The notes below the pieces were generated by a model, which saw nothing but the letters and a program-made list of their open reading frames with translations, had not been told where the DNA came from and made no database searches. The translations under genes were made by a program, and so were the position numbers. From Candidatus Hydrogenedens terephthalaticus JGI OTU-1 (GTDB lineage: Bacteria > Hydrogenedentota > Hydrogenedentia > Hydrogenedentales > Hydrogenedentaceae), in NCBI GenBank assembly GCA_000493945.1, contig AWNW01000005.1, forward strand, positions 7,668-71,667: a DNA stretch of 64,000 bases, written 5' to 3'. Position 1 is the first letter of the stretch. Each line of letters starts with the position of its first letter. Positions 20,796 through 31,288 of this stretch are shown one piece after another.

Positions 20796-22012
20796 GTTCT
20801 ATAGAAAATATAACTCATCCACCTAAAATACAGTTCGAAATTGAGGACAGTGGTATACATATTATAAACTGGCGGAGATTAAATCGTATTGACCCTATTC
20901 TTTTTTTATTGATGTTGATTCTGGTTGTAATAGGTTGGGTTAATATGTATAGTGCCAGTCAAAATGAAGATTATTCCTATTTTGTAAAGCATGTTTCGAT
21001 TTTTTTTATAAGCCTTCCTATTTTGTTCTTTATCACAATGATTGATTACCGAATTATAATTGCTTTTGCACCGCTTTTTTATTCTTTTTCCATTTTACTT
21101 CTTGTCGTCGTACTATTTTTTGGTGTTCAGGCAAAAGGAAGTGAGCGATGGATACCCGTGGGACCTATACGATTTCAACCTTCAGAGATAAATAAAATTA
21201 TAATTGTACTTACACTCACATGGTATTTTGGGAAAATTGGCGATAATATAAAAAAACTCCATTGGTATATATTAACTTTTATAATCTCTGGAGTTCCTAT
21301 TATTCTAATTTTTTTGCAACCGAACCTTGGGACTGCGATGTGTATTATTCCTATTACGATGATAATGCTATGGATTGCAGGTTGTAAAGTGTGGCATTGG
21401 TTAGCAACTATTCTTGCGGGCGTTATCTTAATGGGCTTTGTTTTCTTTGAAGTGAATAGTCTTACACCCGAACAAATACAAGCGGGAGAACATCCTGACT
21501 TTTTACCCCTTAAACCGCATCAACTGATGCGGATTTATACATTTTTTAATCCCGAGGCAGATATACAAGGTGGAGGATGGCAAACCTATCAAAGCAGAAT
21601 TACCATCGGAAGTGGTGGGATTAACGGAAAAGGATTTCGTCAGGGAACTCAAACTCGATTAAAATACCTGCCTGAACATCATACAGATTTTATTTTTTCA
21701 CTATTTGCCGAAGAACATGGTTTTTATAAATCTGCACTACTTATTGTTTTATACGGATTATTTCTTCTTCGATGTTTACATCTTGCCATAAATGCAACGG
21801 AATTGAAAGGAAAGTTGTTAATTACAGGGATTACTATTATATTCTTGTTTCATATTTTTATAAACATTGCTATTACTATGGGAATACTTCCTGTAACTGG
21901 GTTGCCCTTGCCTTTTCTAAGTTGGGGTCGTTCTTTTTACCTCACTTGTATAACAGGTATAGGTTTAATATATAGTGTTCCACGGGAAAAATCATATTTA
22001 TTTTCAGGATAA
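20792..22012 (+). CDS. rodA: SEDS-family peptidoglycan glycosyltransferase RodA
   Basis: FtsW/RodA/SpoVE family features are present (QPSEINK-like FQPSEINKIII, LQPNLGTA, PEHHTDFIFS). It follows mrdA with a 4-nt overlap and a TTG start. Confidence 0.9.
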   Translation: MSSIENITHPPKIQFEIEDSGIHIINWRRLNRIDPILFLLMLILVVIGWVNMYSASQNEDYSYFVKHVSIFFISLPILFFITMIDYRIIIAFAPLFYSFSILLLVVVLFFGVQAKGSERWIPVGPIRFQPSEINKIIIVLTLTWYFGKIGDNIKKLHWYILTFIISGVPIILIFLQPNLGTAMCIIPITMIMLWIAGCKVWHWLATILAGVILMGFVFFEVNSLTPEQIQAGEHPDFLPLKPHQLMRIYTFFNPEADIQGGGWQTYQSRITIGSGGINGKGFRQGTQTRLKYLPEHHTDFIFSLFAEEHGFYKSALLIVLYGLFLLRCLHLAINATELKGKLLITGITIIFLFHIFINIAITMGILPVTGLPLPFLSWGRSFYLTCITGIGLIYSVPREKSYLFSG

Positions 22013-22018
22013 GATACT

Positions 22019-23551
22019 ATGAAAGAATTAGTAATTAATGTAGAACCATTAGAAACTCGCATTGCCTTATTAGAAAACCAAAAGTTAACAGAACTGATGA
22101 TAGAACGGGCAGAAACTCCTTCTATTGTTGGAAATATTTACAAAGGGAGAGTGGACTCTATTATCCCCGGTATTCAGGCGGCATTTATAGATATAGGAAT
22201 AAAGAAAAACGGTTTTTTATATGTTTCGGATATATCTACAGATTTTGAAGATATTATTCTTGATGAAGGAATGGTGCCTCGCCCACTCCACCGAAAAACT
22301 GTAACAGGTCCACCTCGAATTCAAAATATACTCCATACAAATCAATATCTTATGGTTCAGGTAGTTAAGGACCAAATAGGAAATAAAGGGGCAAGACTTA
22401 CTACATTTATAACGATACCTGGAAGGTATGTAGTCCTCTTCCCTACTATAAATGCTACGGGTATTTCGAGGAAAATCGAATCTGAAAAGGAACGAGAGCG
22501 ATTACGGAAAATTATGAATCAAATTAAACCCAAGGGAATGGGTATTGTTTTTAGAACAGCTGCAGAAAACAAACCTCGCGAAGATTTAGAAAACGATATT
22601 ATGTATTTGCTTCGCGTGTGGGAAGGAGTTAACGAAAAATATCGCACTTTGAAAGGAACTGGGCTTGTACGGGAAGATTTAAATCCTATATTACGCATTA
22701 TTCGAGACCGATTTACTAAAGAGATTCAACGATTGACCATAGATAATCCTTTCCAGTATGAAAAAATTATTAACTTTCTCGACATACTTGAACCTGCACT
22801 TAAAAAAAGAGTGCGTCTTTATAAATTAAAAACACCTATATTTGAAAAAATGAATATTGAACGGGAAATTGATAAAATTCTCCAACGAAATGTGCAACTT
22901 AAATCGGGCGGGTATATTACTATTGATTTAACAGAGGCATTAGTCGCGATTGATGTAAATACGGGTAGTTTTACAGGAAAAAAGGAATTAGAAGAAACAA
23001 TCCTTCAAACAAATCTTGAAGCAGCGGAAGAAATCGCCAGGCAGGTACGTCTTCGTGATTTGAATGGGATCATTGTAATTGACTTTATTGATATGGCATT
23101 AGAACAGAACCGAAAAAAACTTTTAAATCACTTTATTAATTTATTAAAAAATGACCGCGCAAGAATTACAGTATCTGAAATTAGTGAACTCGGTATGATA
23201 GAAATGACCCGACAGCGGTTGAAGCAAAATGTAATTAAGACATTATCTCAACCCTGTCCTTATTGCTATGGACGCGGACATGTAAAATCTATCACAACAG
23301 TTTTATTAGACATACTTCGCAAATTAAAAAGTATGTTTGTGGTTAATAAAGAAAAAAAATTTATACTTCAAACCCATCCCGATATTGCTAAGAGATTACG
23401 CGAAGAAAATGAACCTATTCTTGAAAGTTTGCAGAAGGAATTCCAGAAAGAGATTCTTATCGAATCAGTTTCTGATTTTCATATAGAAGATTACCGAATT
23501 CTGAGTGCTCGTAATCGTTTGATATTAGAAAGCCATATACACCGTGAATAA
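22019..23551 (+). CDS. rng: Ribonuclease G (RNase E/G family)
   Basis: N-terminal S1 domain GNIYKGRVDSIIPGIQAAFIDIG..NGFLYVSD. The DNase-I-like catalytic region contains IDVNTG. The size of 510 aa is typical of RNase G. Confidence 0.9.
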   Translation: MKELVINVEPLETRIALLENQKLTELMIERAETPSIVGNIYKGRVDSIIPGIQAAFIDIGIKKNGFLYVSDISTDFEDIILDEGMVPRPLHRKTVTGPPRIQNILHTNQYLMVQVVKDQIGNKGARLTTFITIPGRYVVLFPTINATGISRKIESEKERERLRKIMNQIKPKGMGIVFRTAAENKPREDLENDIMYLLRVWEGVNEKYRTLKGTGLVREDLNPILRIIRDRFTKEIQRLTIDNPFQYEKIINFLDILEPALKKRVRLYKLKTPIFEKMNIEREIDKILQRNVQLKSGGYITIDLTEALVAIDVNTGSFTGKKELEETILQTNLEAAEEIARQVRLRDLNGIIVIDFIDMALEQNRKKLLNHFINLLKNDRARITVSEISELGMIEMTRQRLKQNVIKTLSQPCPYCYGRGHVKSITTVLLDILRKLKSMFVVNKEKKFILQTHPDIAKRLREENEPILESLQKEFQKEILIESVSDFHIEDYRILSARNRLILESHIHRE

Positions 23552-23581
23552 AAAATCATTTCGAAGATAAATTGTTTTTTA

Positions 23582-24547
23582 TTACGAAGCATAATATTTT
23601 TGTATCATAGCAATAATCTGGTTTCGTGGGGCTATTATAATATCCAGAGTACAATTCGAAGCCAATTTTAAATCTTCAAATGCTAATAAATTATAGGGAT
23701 TGGCTATTGCTACCCGAAGTGTATTTCCTCGTATTTGTAAAGGCATACATTCATGTTGTCTTGCCATTCTCTCCGGGATAACCTTTAAGGCTATAGAGTG
23801 CACAATTTCTTTTCTTAAATCTTCTATAAAGGGATAGCCACTCTGTTTTGCGAGAACCTTTGCAATCGTTATATCATCTACAAACCCTAACTTTACTAAA
23901 ACCGTTCCCAGATGCTCTTTATAACTGCTTTGTTTTTGATATACAAGAGCTTTATTTAATTGTTCTTCGGTAATTACCCCCTCTTTTAGTAAAATATCTC
24001 CAATTCGCAATTTTTCCGAATCTTCTTCTCCTTTCTTTATATCACCCGAATATTCAACACCTCGTTGGACTGCATCAATACCAGAAATCAAACCATGGAC
24101 CCTTTGCAGTTCTTGTAATAATTCCTCCTCAGAAACCATTTTCTTGTGTGATTGAGAAGAAACCGGTGACATTGAAATAGTATCCTCGGGAAGTCTTTCT
24201 ATCATCGTTACTGTTCGGTCAAAAGCGTCTTCAAAGGCAATTATCGCTGTATAACAATGGGCTAATGCTGAACGAATCTCACGAAGCTGGTTTAGAGTTC
24301 TTCTTTGTAGTAAAAATTGTTCCTCTCGAGTGGTTGTCTTTGAAAAAGATTCTTGAATCCTCTGAAGATATGTATTCAGGCTCTTGCGATTTCTTAGAAG
24401 CATTCGTAATCGGGGGAGTTTATCTTTTAAACGGTCTATTATATTAGAAAAACTAAGAGAAATATCTCCATAATATTTTTTCCACTCAATAATCTCTTTC
24501 TCAATGGCTTCCAACGGGTCATTATTTTCAGGTTCATTGTAAAGCAA
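23582..24547 (-). CDS. Coiled-coil protein with a C-terminal T2SS-E N-terminal (MshEN-type) domain and no ATPase domain
   Basis: Residues 181-204 (RIGDILLKEGVITEEQLNKALVYQ) and 212-235 (HLGTVLVKLGFVDDITIAKVLAKQ) both fit the MshEN c-di-GMP-binding motif RLGxxLLxxGLLxxxxLxxxLxxQ. The rest of the GspE_N fold follows (PFIEDL...IPERMARQHECMPL...LRVAIANP). Confidence 0.7.
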   Translation of the reverse strand: MLYNEPENNDPLEAIEKEIIEWKKYYGDISLSFSNIIDRLKDKLPRLRMLLRNRKSLNTYLQRIQESFSKTTTREEQFLLQRRTLNQLREIRSALAHCYTAIIAFEDAFDRTVTMIERLPEDTISMSPVSSQSHKKMVSEEELLQELQRVHGLISGIDAVQRGVEYSGDIKKGEEDSEKLRIGDILLKEGVITEEQLNKALVYQKQSSYKEHLGTVLVKLGFVDDITIAKVLAKQSGYPFIEDLRKEIVHSIALKVIPERMARQHECMPLQIRGNTLRVAIANPYNLLAFEDLKLASNCTLDIIIAPRNQIIAMIQKYYAS

Positions 24548-24929
24548 TTTTATATCCTAAGTTCTCTTTTTTCATCATGAAAAAATTATTATAATTATTT
24601 TAGTAAAAAATATATCTCACCAAATATCTTTTATATAAATTTATTCACACACCAACCTTTTATAAAATCTCCAATATCGTATGATATAAAAAAATGGTTG
24701 TGTATATCAATTTTTCTTTTTTTCTTTGTCTAACAAAATTATACCAACTTTTCTTTCAAAAAATAATTTTTTTAGGATTTAAGAGAGTATTGACAAAATA
24801 TACAAAAAACAAAATGTTCTAAATAAGAATAATGTTATTCTACAAGGCAAAGTGAATATAATAAATTTAAAACATTTCATTACCTTTGAGATAATACGTA
24901 TATGAAATTTAAATGATAAGGAGTATCAC

Positions 24930-25661
24930 ATGGCTGTATTAAGAATTAAAGGTGTTCAAATGAAAGTAGCAAATACAAAGAAAGAAAATTTTCCAAAAAT
25001 ACTTGAACATATACAGAAAGGAGATTGCGATATAATCGTATTCCCTGAAATGAGTTTGACAGGATATAACAACAATTTTAGTGATACCCGAACCACAGAA
25101 GCATGGAAACAAATCGCTTCAGCATGCAAAAAATCCTATGTTTCAAGCATTATAGGAACAGGCGTGCGAATGGATGGGAATACATACATTCAAGCGAGGG
25201 TTTATACGGATGAGGGGAAACTTTTAGGGACACAGGAAAAACTGGTTCCTACAGAAGAAGATCGCAAATGGTGTCGTCCCGGTGAAGAATTACGATTATT
25301 TAAATATAAGGGAATAAACTTCGGATGTTTGTTGGGGAATGATTTATGGGTGGCACCCGGTTTTGGTCCTTACCCTGACCCAAGATTATCATATCAGTTG
25401 GGTAAACGCGGGGCACAGATTATTTTTCATCTTATAAACACAGGTATAGACCAGACTTATCTTCCCTATTATGATATTAATTTACGGCTAAGGGCTCGAG
25501 AAAGTAAATGCTATATAGTAACTGTAAATTCCGCATCTGAACATGGTGTAATCAATTGTCCGTCTGGAATAATGTCCCCTGAAGGTAGATGGTTGGTGCA
25601 ATGTCCTTTACAGGGAGAACAAACATTTGTTTATGACCTTGAAATAGATACAGAAATTTAA
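24930..25661 (+). CDS. Carbon-nitrogen hydrolase (nitrilase superfamily)
   Basis: IVFPEMSLTGY supplies the catalytic Glu and INFGCLLGNDLW supplies the Cys. 243 aa. The SD AAGGAG lies upstream. Confidence 0.75.
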   Translation: MAVLRIKGVQMKVANTKKENFPKILEHIQKGDCDIIVFPEMSLTGYNNNFSDTRTTEAWKQIASACKKSYVSSIIGTGVRMDGNTYIQARVYTDEGKLLGTQEKLVPTEEDRKWCRPGEELRLFKYKGINFGCLLGNDLWVAPGFGPYPDPRLSYQLGKRGAQIIFHLINTGIDQTYLPYYDINLRLRARESKCYIVTVNSASEHGVINCPSGIMSPEGRWLVQCPLQGEQTFVYDLEIDTEI

Positions 25662-25672
25662 TCCGTTTTGCT

Positions 25673-27079
25673 ATGTCTTATAAACAGATTTTTTTAATAT
25701 TATTTATCGTTGCAATTGGGGGTATATTTATTTTTTTGGGGTATTACTTCCAAAAATATCATCATGCAAAGCCCAATATTGTATTCATTCTTATTGATAC
25801 GCTACGGGCAGATTGTATTAATCCTGATGAAGAACCTAACCCCATTACACCTTTTTTATCCAAACTTGCTAAACAATCTATTTATTTTCCTTGTGCGGTT
25901 ACACCTTGCAGTTGGACAAAGCCTACAATAGCAACTTTGCTAACAGGTTTGCCTCCGGAAAAACATGGCGTTCGATATAGTGTTCGAAATGAAGACCCAA
26001 ACGCACCTGTAAGTGATGTTTTGAATAATACCTTTACTACACTCCCAGAATATTTGTCCCAACAGGGATATGAAACTTACGCGGTTCAAAGCAACGCTAA
26101 TTTGGCTCCGTTACTGGGTTTTGCCCAGGGATTTCGTGAAGAACACTTTATTTTCCAAAATGATGCACCGGCTTCGTTTGTAACGGAGAAATCAATTCAA
26201 TTCATTAATAAAACAAAGCGTCCTTTCTTTCTTTATAGCCATTTCATGGACCCTCACCTACCTTATAATCCTCCGTCTGAATATTTAAACTTACTGAAAA
26301 ATTCGGATAATACAGATGTAGTTGACGAAACATATATAGCACCGAATGTAATTATTAACTATCTGATGGAACTTGTTTATTACAATATAGGAAAACGATC
26401 GGAACCTCCCTCCCATGATTTTACAGAACAAGAAAAAAAAGAACTCCGAAGAAGGTATCATGCAGAAATACGATTTACAGATACAGAAGTAGAAAAATTG
26501 GTAAATACCATAAAGAAAAAATATCCAAACACAATTTTTTTCATTCTTTCGGACCATGGTGAAGAGTTTTGGGAACATAAAGGGGTTGGACATGGGACAT
26601 CCCTATATGAGGAACAAATTCGTGTGCCTGTAATTATTCATGGAAGAGGAATAAAACCTAAAAAAATAGATACGTCCATTTCTACCGCTGGTTTTGCGAA
26701 AACAGTTGTTTCTTTGCTTAATTTACCTCCATATTCGCAGTTTGAAGGTTATAATCTTTTGAACGAAGTGGATGAAAACACAATAATTGAAATGGTTACA
26801 TGGGGGTCATGGAAGGATATGGGATTAGACCTAAAGGGAATTATGAAGTATCCATGGAAACTTATATTGGACAGAAATACAAATAAAATTGAATTATACA
26901 ATCTTACGGAAGACTCTAAGGAATTAACCAATGTATATGAAAAACATCCTGAAATTGTTTCTGAATTGATGAAACAGATTGAAAGTTTGCCGAACAAGAA
27001 GGAAATACCTGCTTCCGAAAATACAACGGTATTGCCTCCGGAATTAAAAGAACAATTGGAAAAACATGGATATCTGTGA
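25673..27079 (+). CDS. Sulfatase-like hydrolase/transferase (alkaline-phosphatase superfamily), membrane-anchored
   Basis: N-terminal TM helix. NIVFILIDTLRADC and TPCSWTKPTIATLLTG form the nucleophile region, and SDHGEEFWEHKGVGHG forms the metal site. Confidence 0.8.
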   Translation: MSYKQIFLILFIVAIGGIFIFLGYYFQKYHHAKPNIVFILIDTLRADCINPDEEPNPITPFLSKLAKQSIYFPCAVTPCSWTKPTIATLLTGLPPEKHGVRYSVRNEDPNAPVSDVLNNTFTTLPEYLSQQGYETYAVQSNANLAPLLGFAQGFREEHFIFQNDAPASFVTEKSIQFINKTKRPFFLYSHFMDPHLPYNPPSEYLNLLKNSDNTDVVDETYIAPNVIINYLMELVYYNIGKRSEPPSHDFTEQEKKELRRRYHAEIRFTDTEVEKLVNTIKKKYPNTIFFILSDHGEEFWEHKGVGHGTSLYEEQIRVPVIIHGRGIKPKKIDTSISTAGFAKTVVSLLNLPPYSQFEGYNLLNEVDENTIIEMVTWGSWKDMGLDLKGIMKYPWKLILDRNTNKIELYNLTEDSKELTNVYEKHPEIVSELMKQIESLPNKKEIPASENTTVLPPELKEQLEKHGYL

Positions 27080-27175
27080 ATATATCTTCCATTTTTATCG
27101 TATTACTCTTATAACTTTACTTTTGTTATAGTCAAGTTCTATAATTTCCTCCATTAACCTTAATTAAAATCTATT

Positions 27176-28699
27176 TTGAATATGTCTTCTGAAAATTTAT
27201 CTTCAAAAATACTTTCTAACAAAACATCTTCACTTCTTTTTTTTGCTTTAATTTTGTCGTTCTTATGCGTAACCTTATTTCAGGGAAGTCGTGGCTTATA
27301 TGAAACCACAGAAGGCAGGTATGCTTTGTGTGCTCGGGAAACCATGCAGTCTGGAAATCTATTAGAACCTGTATTACACGGAAAACATCATTGGACAAAA
27401 CCACCATTAACCTATATTGCTATTGCTTCTGGGCTTTTTATTTTCGGTGATAATAGTACATGGGGTGCTCGTTTTTATCTTATTCCTGCTTTTATTTTTA
27501 CTGTGGTTTTTGTGTATCTTTTTGCAAGATCACTCTGGGATTTGCCCACGGGAGTTATTTCCGCTCTTATATATTCGTGTTCTCCTTTTTTAGTCGGAGG
27601 GGCTAATTCTATATCTACAGACACACTCCTTGTTTTGTGGCATTCCCTAACTTTTTTTGCTTTTTGGAAAGCATATCAAACAAAAAACAGGTGGTTTATA
27701 TACCTGTTCTGGTTAGGAATAGGTTTGGGTTGTATAACGAAAGGTCCTATGGGCTTTATACCCCTGATGGGGATACTTCCTTTCTGTTTATGGCGATGGC
27801 TTGTTTATAAAGAAAAATTATGGTATTTCATCTCACCTATTGGCATATTGATTTTCTTTATGGTAGGTATTGCATGGTATTTCTGGGAAAACATGAAGCA
27901 TCCTGGATTATTACAGTATTGGTTATTTCATGAAACCGTGGGAAGGCTTGCTGAAGGTGAATTTGACAGAAATCCAGAATGGTATAAGGTATTCCCCATG
28001 TATTTTGTACCTGTTATTTTTGGGACAGGTTTTTGGCTGTTTCTATTACTTTATGCTTTATACAGAAACAAGAAAGATAATGGGAAATATTTCTCTTTTT
28101 CGTGTTCTGAACCTCAATGGTTTCTTTTAATTGTTAGTTTTGTATTTCCATTTATTTTTTTCTTAGTAAGTAAATCTCGGTTAACTTTGTATATACTTCC
28201 CGTTTTTATACCTTTAACTATAATGATGGGTAGAATATTGCAGAGTGCTATGGAATGCAATTTTATCTCTGTGAAGAAACTTGTAATTATAGCCTTAATC
28301 AACTCCGCACTGATTATATCCGCAAAAGGTTTTTCCGCCTATTATCCTAATGGGAAAGATATGAAACAATTAGCCAATGATATTCAGCCTTTACTAAGTC
28401 AATTTCATCAACCGGAATTTTATTGTATAAAATCAAATGATCTAAACGGTTTTGAGTTTTATACACACATACCTGTCCCTGAAAAAGAATTGCCCGAAGA
28501 ACAGGGTCTTGACCCGGAAACAGCCCTGAAAAATATTATGAAAACAATCACGGATTTCCTGACAGAGAAAAGCGGCACACAACGGATTATTTTGATTCCT
28601 CGCAAATATGAGAAAGTAATGACGACCATAAAGATACCTGATAAATTGAAAATCCATCCTGTAAATAAATTTTGGATTGCGATGTATTATAGTGAATAA
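27176..28699 (+). CDS. GT39/GT83-type (ArnT/PMT-like) lipid-linked-sugar glycosyltransferase
   Basis: Polytopic membrane protein. The first loop, ETTEGRYALCARETMQSGNLLEPVLHGKHHWTKPPLTY, is typical of ArnT-like enzymes. Confidence 0.75.
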   Translation: MNMSSENLSSKILSNKTSSLLFFALILSFLCVTLFQGSRGLYETTEGRYALCARETMQSGNLLEPVLHGKHHWTKPPLTYIAIASGLFIFGDNSTWGARFYLIPAFIFTVVFVYLFARSLWDLPTGVISALIYSCSPFLVGGANSISTDTLLVLWHSLTFFAFWKAYQTKNRWFIYLFWLGIGLGCITKGPMGFIPLMGILPFCLWRWLVYKEKLWYFISPIGILIFFMVGIAWYFWENMKHPGLLQYWLFHETVGRLAEGEFDRNPEWYKVFPMYFVPVIFGTGFWLFLLLYALYRNKKDNGKYFSFSCSEPQWFLLIVSFVFPFIFFLVSKSRLTLYILPVFIPLTIMMGRILQSAMECNFISVKKLVIIALINSALIISAKGFSAYYPNGKDMKQLANDIQPLLSQFHQPEFYCIKSNDLNGFEFYTHIPVPEKELPEEQGLDPETALKNIMKTITDFLTEKSGTQRIILIPRKYEKVMTTIKIPDKLKIHPVNKFWIAMYYSE

Positions 28700-28799
28700 A
28701 AAGGGAATTATTCTTCTGGGATAATATTCAAAAAATTTTCGTAAGTATATATTTCTTATTATGTTTTAATTCCATGCTAAAATTAGATATAAGAAATAT

Positions 28800-29999
28800 T
28801 TGGAATGGATCCAAATTAAGAGACAATTTTTTTGCATGTTCAGAATCATAACTAATCACATATTTTTTATCCTTTTATTTTTTTTATTCATCTCCGCGGT
28901 TCCTATTTTTTACACCTACGGTGAGGAATTAAAAGAAATAAAAAGTAATACAGCGTCAATAGAAACTGATTTGCATTCTACTCATATAGAACAGACTATC
29001 GAAAGATTAAAACAATTAAAGCAATCTGTCCTTTTTGAATTACATCCCTCTTTTACGGAGCCTCCTTCTTTTGATTTTGATAATTCGTTCTTGAGAAATA
29101 ATACCCCTACGCCTCCTGTTGTTTCCCAAACATCTGAACCCCTGTTAAAAGAACAATTGGTTGCGTCTAAGGGAATTAATATTACACCTAAGTTTGAGGA
29201 GATTTTTCTTCTGTTATCTGACGAAATGCGGTTAAAGGCATGTAAAAAACTTTACGCTAATGATTCACAGAGTTTTATTCAAAAAATGATACATTACCTT
29301 GGTAAAGGGACACCTGAACAGGCTCTGATAATAAACCAAATTTTGCCATATCTGAAAGAGGAACTGGAAGAAAATCTGATTGCATTACTACAAGAAAATC
29401 CTCAGGATATGGTGGAAAAGCGAACCATTATTTATGTATTGGGAAGAATAAAATCAGAGAAATCTGTTCCTTTATTGTGGAATGAAATACAAACGACACA
29501 GTCGGAAGAAATTTTATACACTTGTGTTCAATCACTCGCTAATATGCCGCATTGTTTATCCTTAGAACAGTGGGTTCAATTGTTACAATATAATTCTGTT
29601 TCTGTATCATTGACATCGGCTTATGCGATTTTAGAATATGGAGGTAGTCTGGCGGAAGAGTATATTCGTCGGATTCTGTTGGGGGAGTTTTCAGTGTCGC
29701 AACGGGTTCTTGAATATATCACTGAGCGAATAAGTAATTATCCTCTTGATATTCTTATCCCTTTTTCTATAGAAGTGATGGGCAGAAATCCAAGCCTGGC
29801 ACAAAAATTTTCTTCAATATTACACCATAGAACAGGTGTCAACTTGGGTCCGAACCCTCAGTTGTGGGCAGACTGGTGGAAGGAATACTTAAATAGAACA
29901 ACTACAACAGAAAACCTTGAGAATACACCGCCATCTCAAAATGATATTTCAAATCAACCGGATATAAAAGTTCATGCTCCCCGAATACGGAAGCGGTAA
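28800..29999 (+). CDS. Membrane-anchored HEAT-repeat protein, hypothetical
   Basis: N-terminal TM helix (the probable true start is ATG 28836, MFRIITNHIFFILLFF). HEAT-like repeats are present (YVLGRIKSEKSVPLLWNEI...VQSLANM), and the C-terminus has LWADWWKEY. Confidence 0.5.
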   Translation: MEWIQIKRQFFCMFRIITNHIFFILLFFLFISAVPIFYTYGEELKEIKSNTASIETDLHSTHIEQTIERLKQLKQSVLFELHPSFTEPPSFDFDNSFLRNNTPTPPVVSQTSEPLLKEQLVASKGINITPKFEEIFLLLSDEMRLKACKKLYANDSQSFIQKMIHYLGKGTPEQALIINQILPYLKEELEENLIALLQENPQDMVEKRTIIYVLGRIKSEKSVPLLWNEIQTTQSEEILYTCVQSLANMPHCLSLEQWVQLLQYNSVSVSLTSAYAILEYGGSLAEEYIRRILLGEFSVSQRVLEYITERISNYPLDILIPFSIEVMGRNPSLAQKFSSILHHRTGVNLGPNPQLWADWWKEYLNRTTTTENLENTPPSQNDISNQPDIKVHAPRIRKR

Positions 30000-30008
30000 T
30001 TTTATTTA

Positions 30009-31277
30009 TCATATAGTTTGGGCGCGGGATTGTTGTTTTTCAATTAAAGGAACAATTTGTAATGCACTTTCAAGAGAATCTTCAAGCGTCCCATCACCCC
30101 AATAATCTCCACAAAAATATGTTCTGCAAATTCCATTAATTTCTGTGAACCTTTTTTGAACACTTAGCATTTTCCATGTAGGTTTGGGGGCTTTCCTGCG
30201 TAAGACGGTCATTGTTTTTTCTTTTGGCACATTATTCCCCTGAGGGGCAAAGGTGAGAAACAAGTTTGTCTTTATTGCTAATTGTTGTAAATGATTTAAA
30301 TTCCAGGTTATCACAGGGGGAATTTTGTCTGGGGTATCGCTCACCTGAATATACCATGAAGACGGTTCTTTTAGTGGTGTCTGAATAAATCTTTCATCTG
30401 TATGAATCACAACATCAAATTCTTCATATCCAATAGATGAAAGAATTTGCTCTTCTGAGGGTGTAGGCTTTTCTAATAATTTCAGTGCATCTTCTGCATG
30501 TATAGCAATGATTACGGCATCAAAAGTCTCTTTTTCTCCTGTGTTGGTGGTTATTTCTACATATTCCGGGCGGCGAGATATCTTAACGACCTCTGTTTGA
30601 AATCGAACGGGGTTAATTAAAGAAGATACTAATTGACTGATAATTCGAAATCCACCACCACGAACAACTCGCCATTGGGCGTCTTCATCTCCTTCCAGTA
30701 ATCCTAATTTGCTTAAATATGAGAAAAGAAAATACGCTGGCATATCATTCAGATTGCTTTTTAACCCACACCAGAAAGACTGTATTAACGGTAAAACGAA
30801 TTTCGTTTGAATCTCCGGAGAAATACCTTCTTCTTTAAGATACTCTGCCAAAGATGTTTTCAAGTCTTTTTTTTCTAAAAAGGCTTTCCATTGTTTTTTC
30901 CAACTCCGCCATAAAGAATAAACTTTGTAATTTATTGGTTTTAGGTATGCCATTGCAGAGGAGAAACTCTGCTCATTATCACCCAAACACCAGTATAGTT
31001 TTTTACTTGGGTGATTAATAATAACACTCTTAGGGACTTCCTGAGAACGGAGTTTTAGTTGGTCTAATAAATTTACGAGATTAGGATAATGAGCACGATT
31101 GTAAACACAAAAACCTAAATCAACATAATTATCAATATTCCCTTCCTTGTATTTAATAGAAAGGATACCACCGCCGGGACGATTACTCTTTTCAAACACA
31201 TAGACTTTATGTTTAGAACAAAGTTGATAAGCACAGGTTAAACCTGCAATACCTGCTCCAACAACTGCAATTTTCAT
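30009..31277 (-). CDS. FAD/NAD(P)-binding oxidoreductase (COG2907/amine-oxidase-like)
   Basis: MKIAVVGAGIAGLTCAY is a GxGxxG Rossmann motif. EKSNRPGG and VDLGFCVYNRAHYPNLVNLL match the pattern of COG2907 proteins. Confidence 0.7.
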   Translation of the reverse strand: MKIAVVGAGIAGLTCAYQLCSKHKVYVFEKSNRPGGGILSIKYKEGNIDNYVDLGFCVYNRAHYPNLVNLLDQLKLRSQEVPKSVIINHPSKKLYWCLGDNEQSFSSAMAYLKPINYKVYSLWRSWKKQWKAFLEKKDLKTSLAEYLKEEGISPEIQTKFVLPLIQSFWCGLKSNLNDMPAYFLFSYLSKLGLLEGDEDAQWRVVRGGGFRIISQLVSSLINPVRFQTEVVKISRRPEYVEITTNTGEKETFDAVIIAIHAEDALKLLEKPTPSEEQILSSIGYEEFDVVIHTDERFIQTPLKEPSSWYIQVSDTPDKIPPVITWNLNHLQQLAIKTNLFLTFAPQGNNVPKEKTMTVLRRKAPKPTWKMLSVQKRFTEINGICRTYFCGDYWGDGTLEDSLESALQIVPLIEKQQSRAQTI

Positions 31278-31288
31278 TATTTCCTCTC

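Noticed and set aside
24548-24929. Replication origin in the 380-bp AT-rich intergenic region (one TTATTCACA DnaA-box-like 9-mer)
   Set aside because: Only a single consensus-like box is present, and there is no cluster of boxes. No dnaA, dnaN or gyrB lies nearby. The region is adequately explained as a divergent promoter region.
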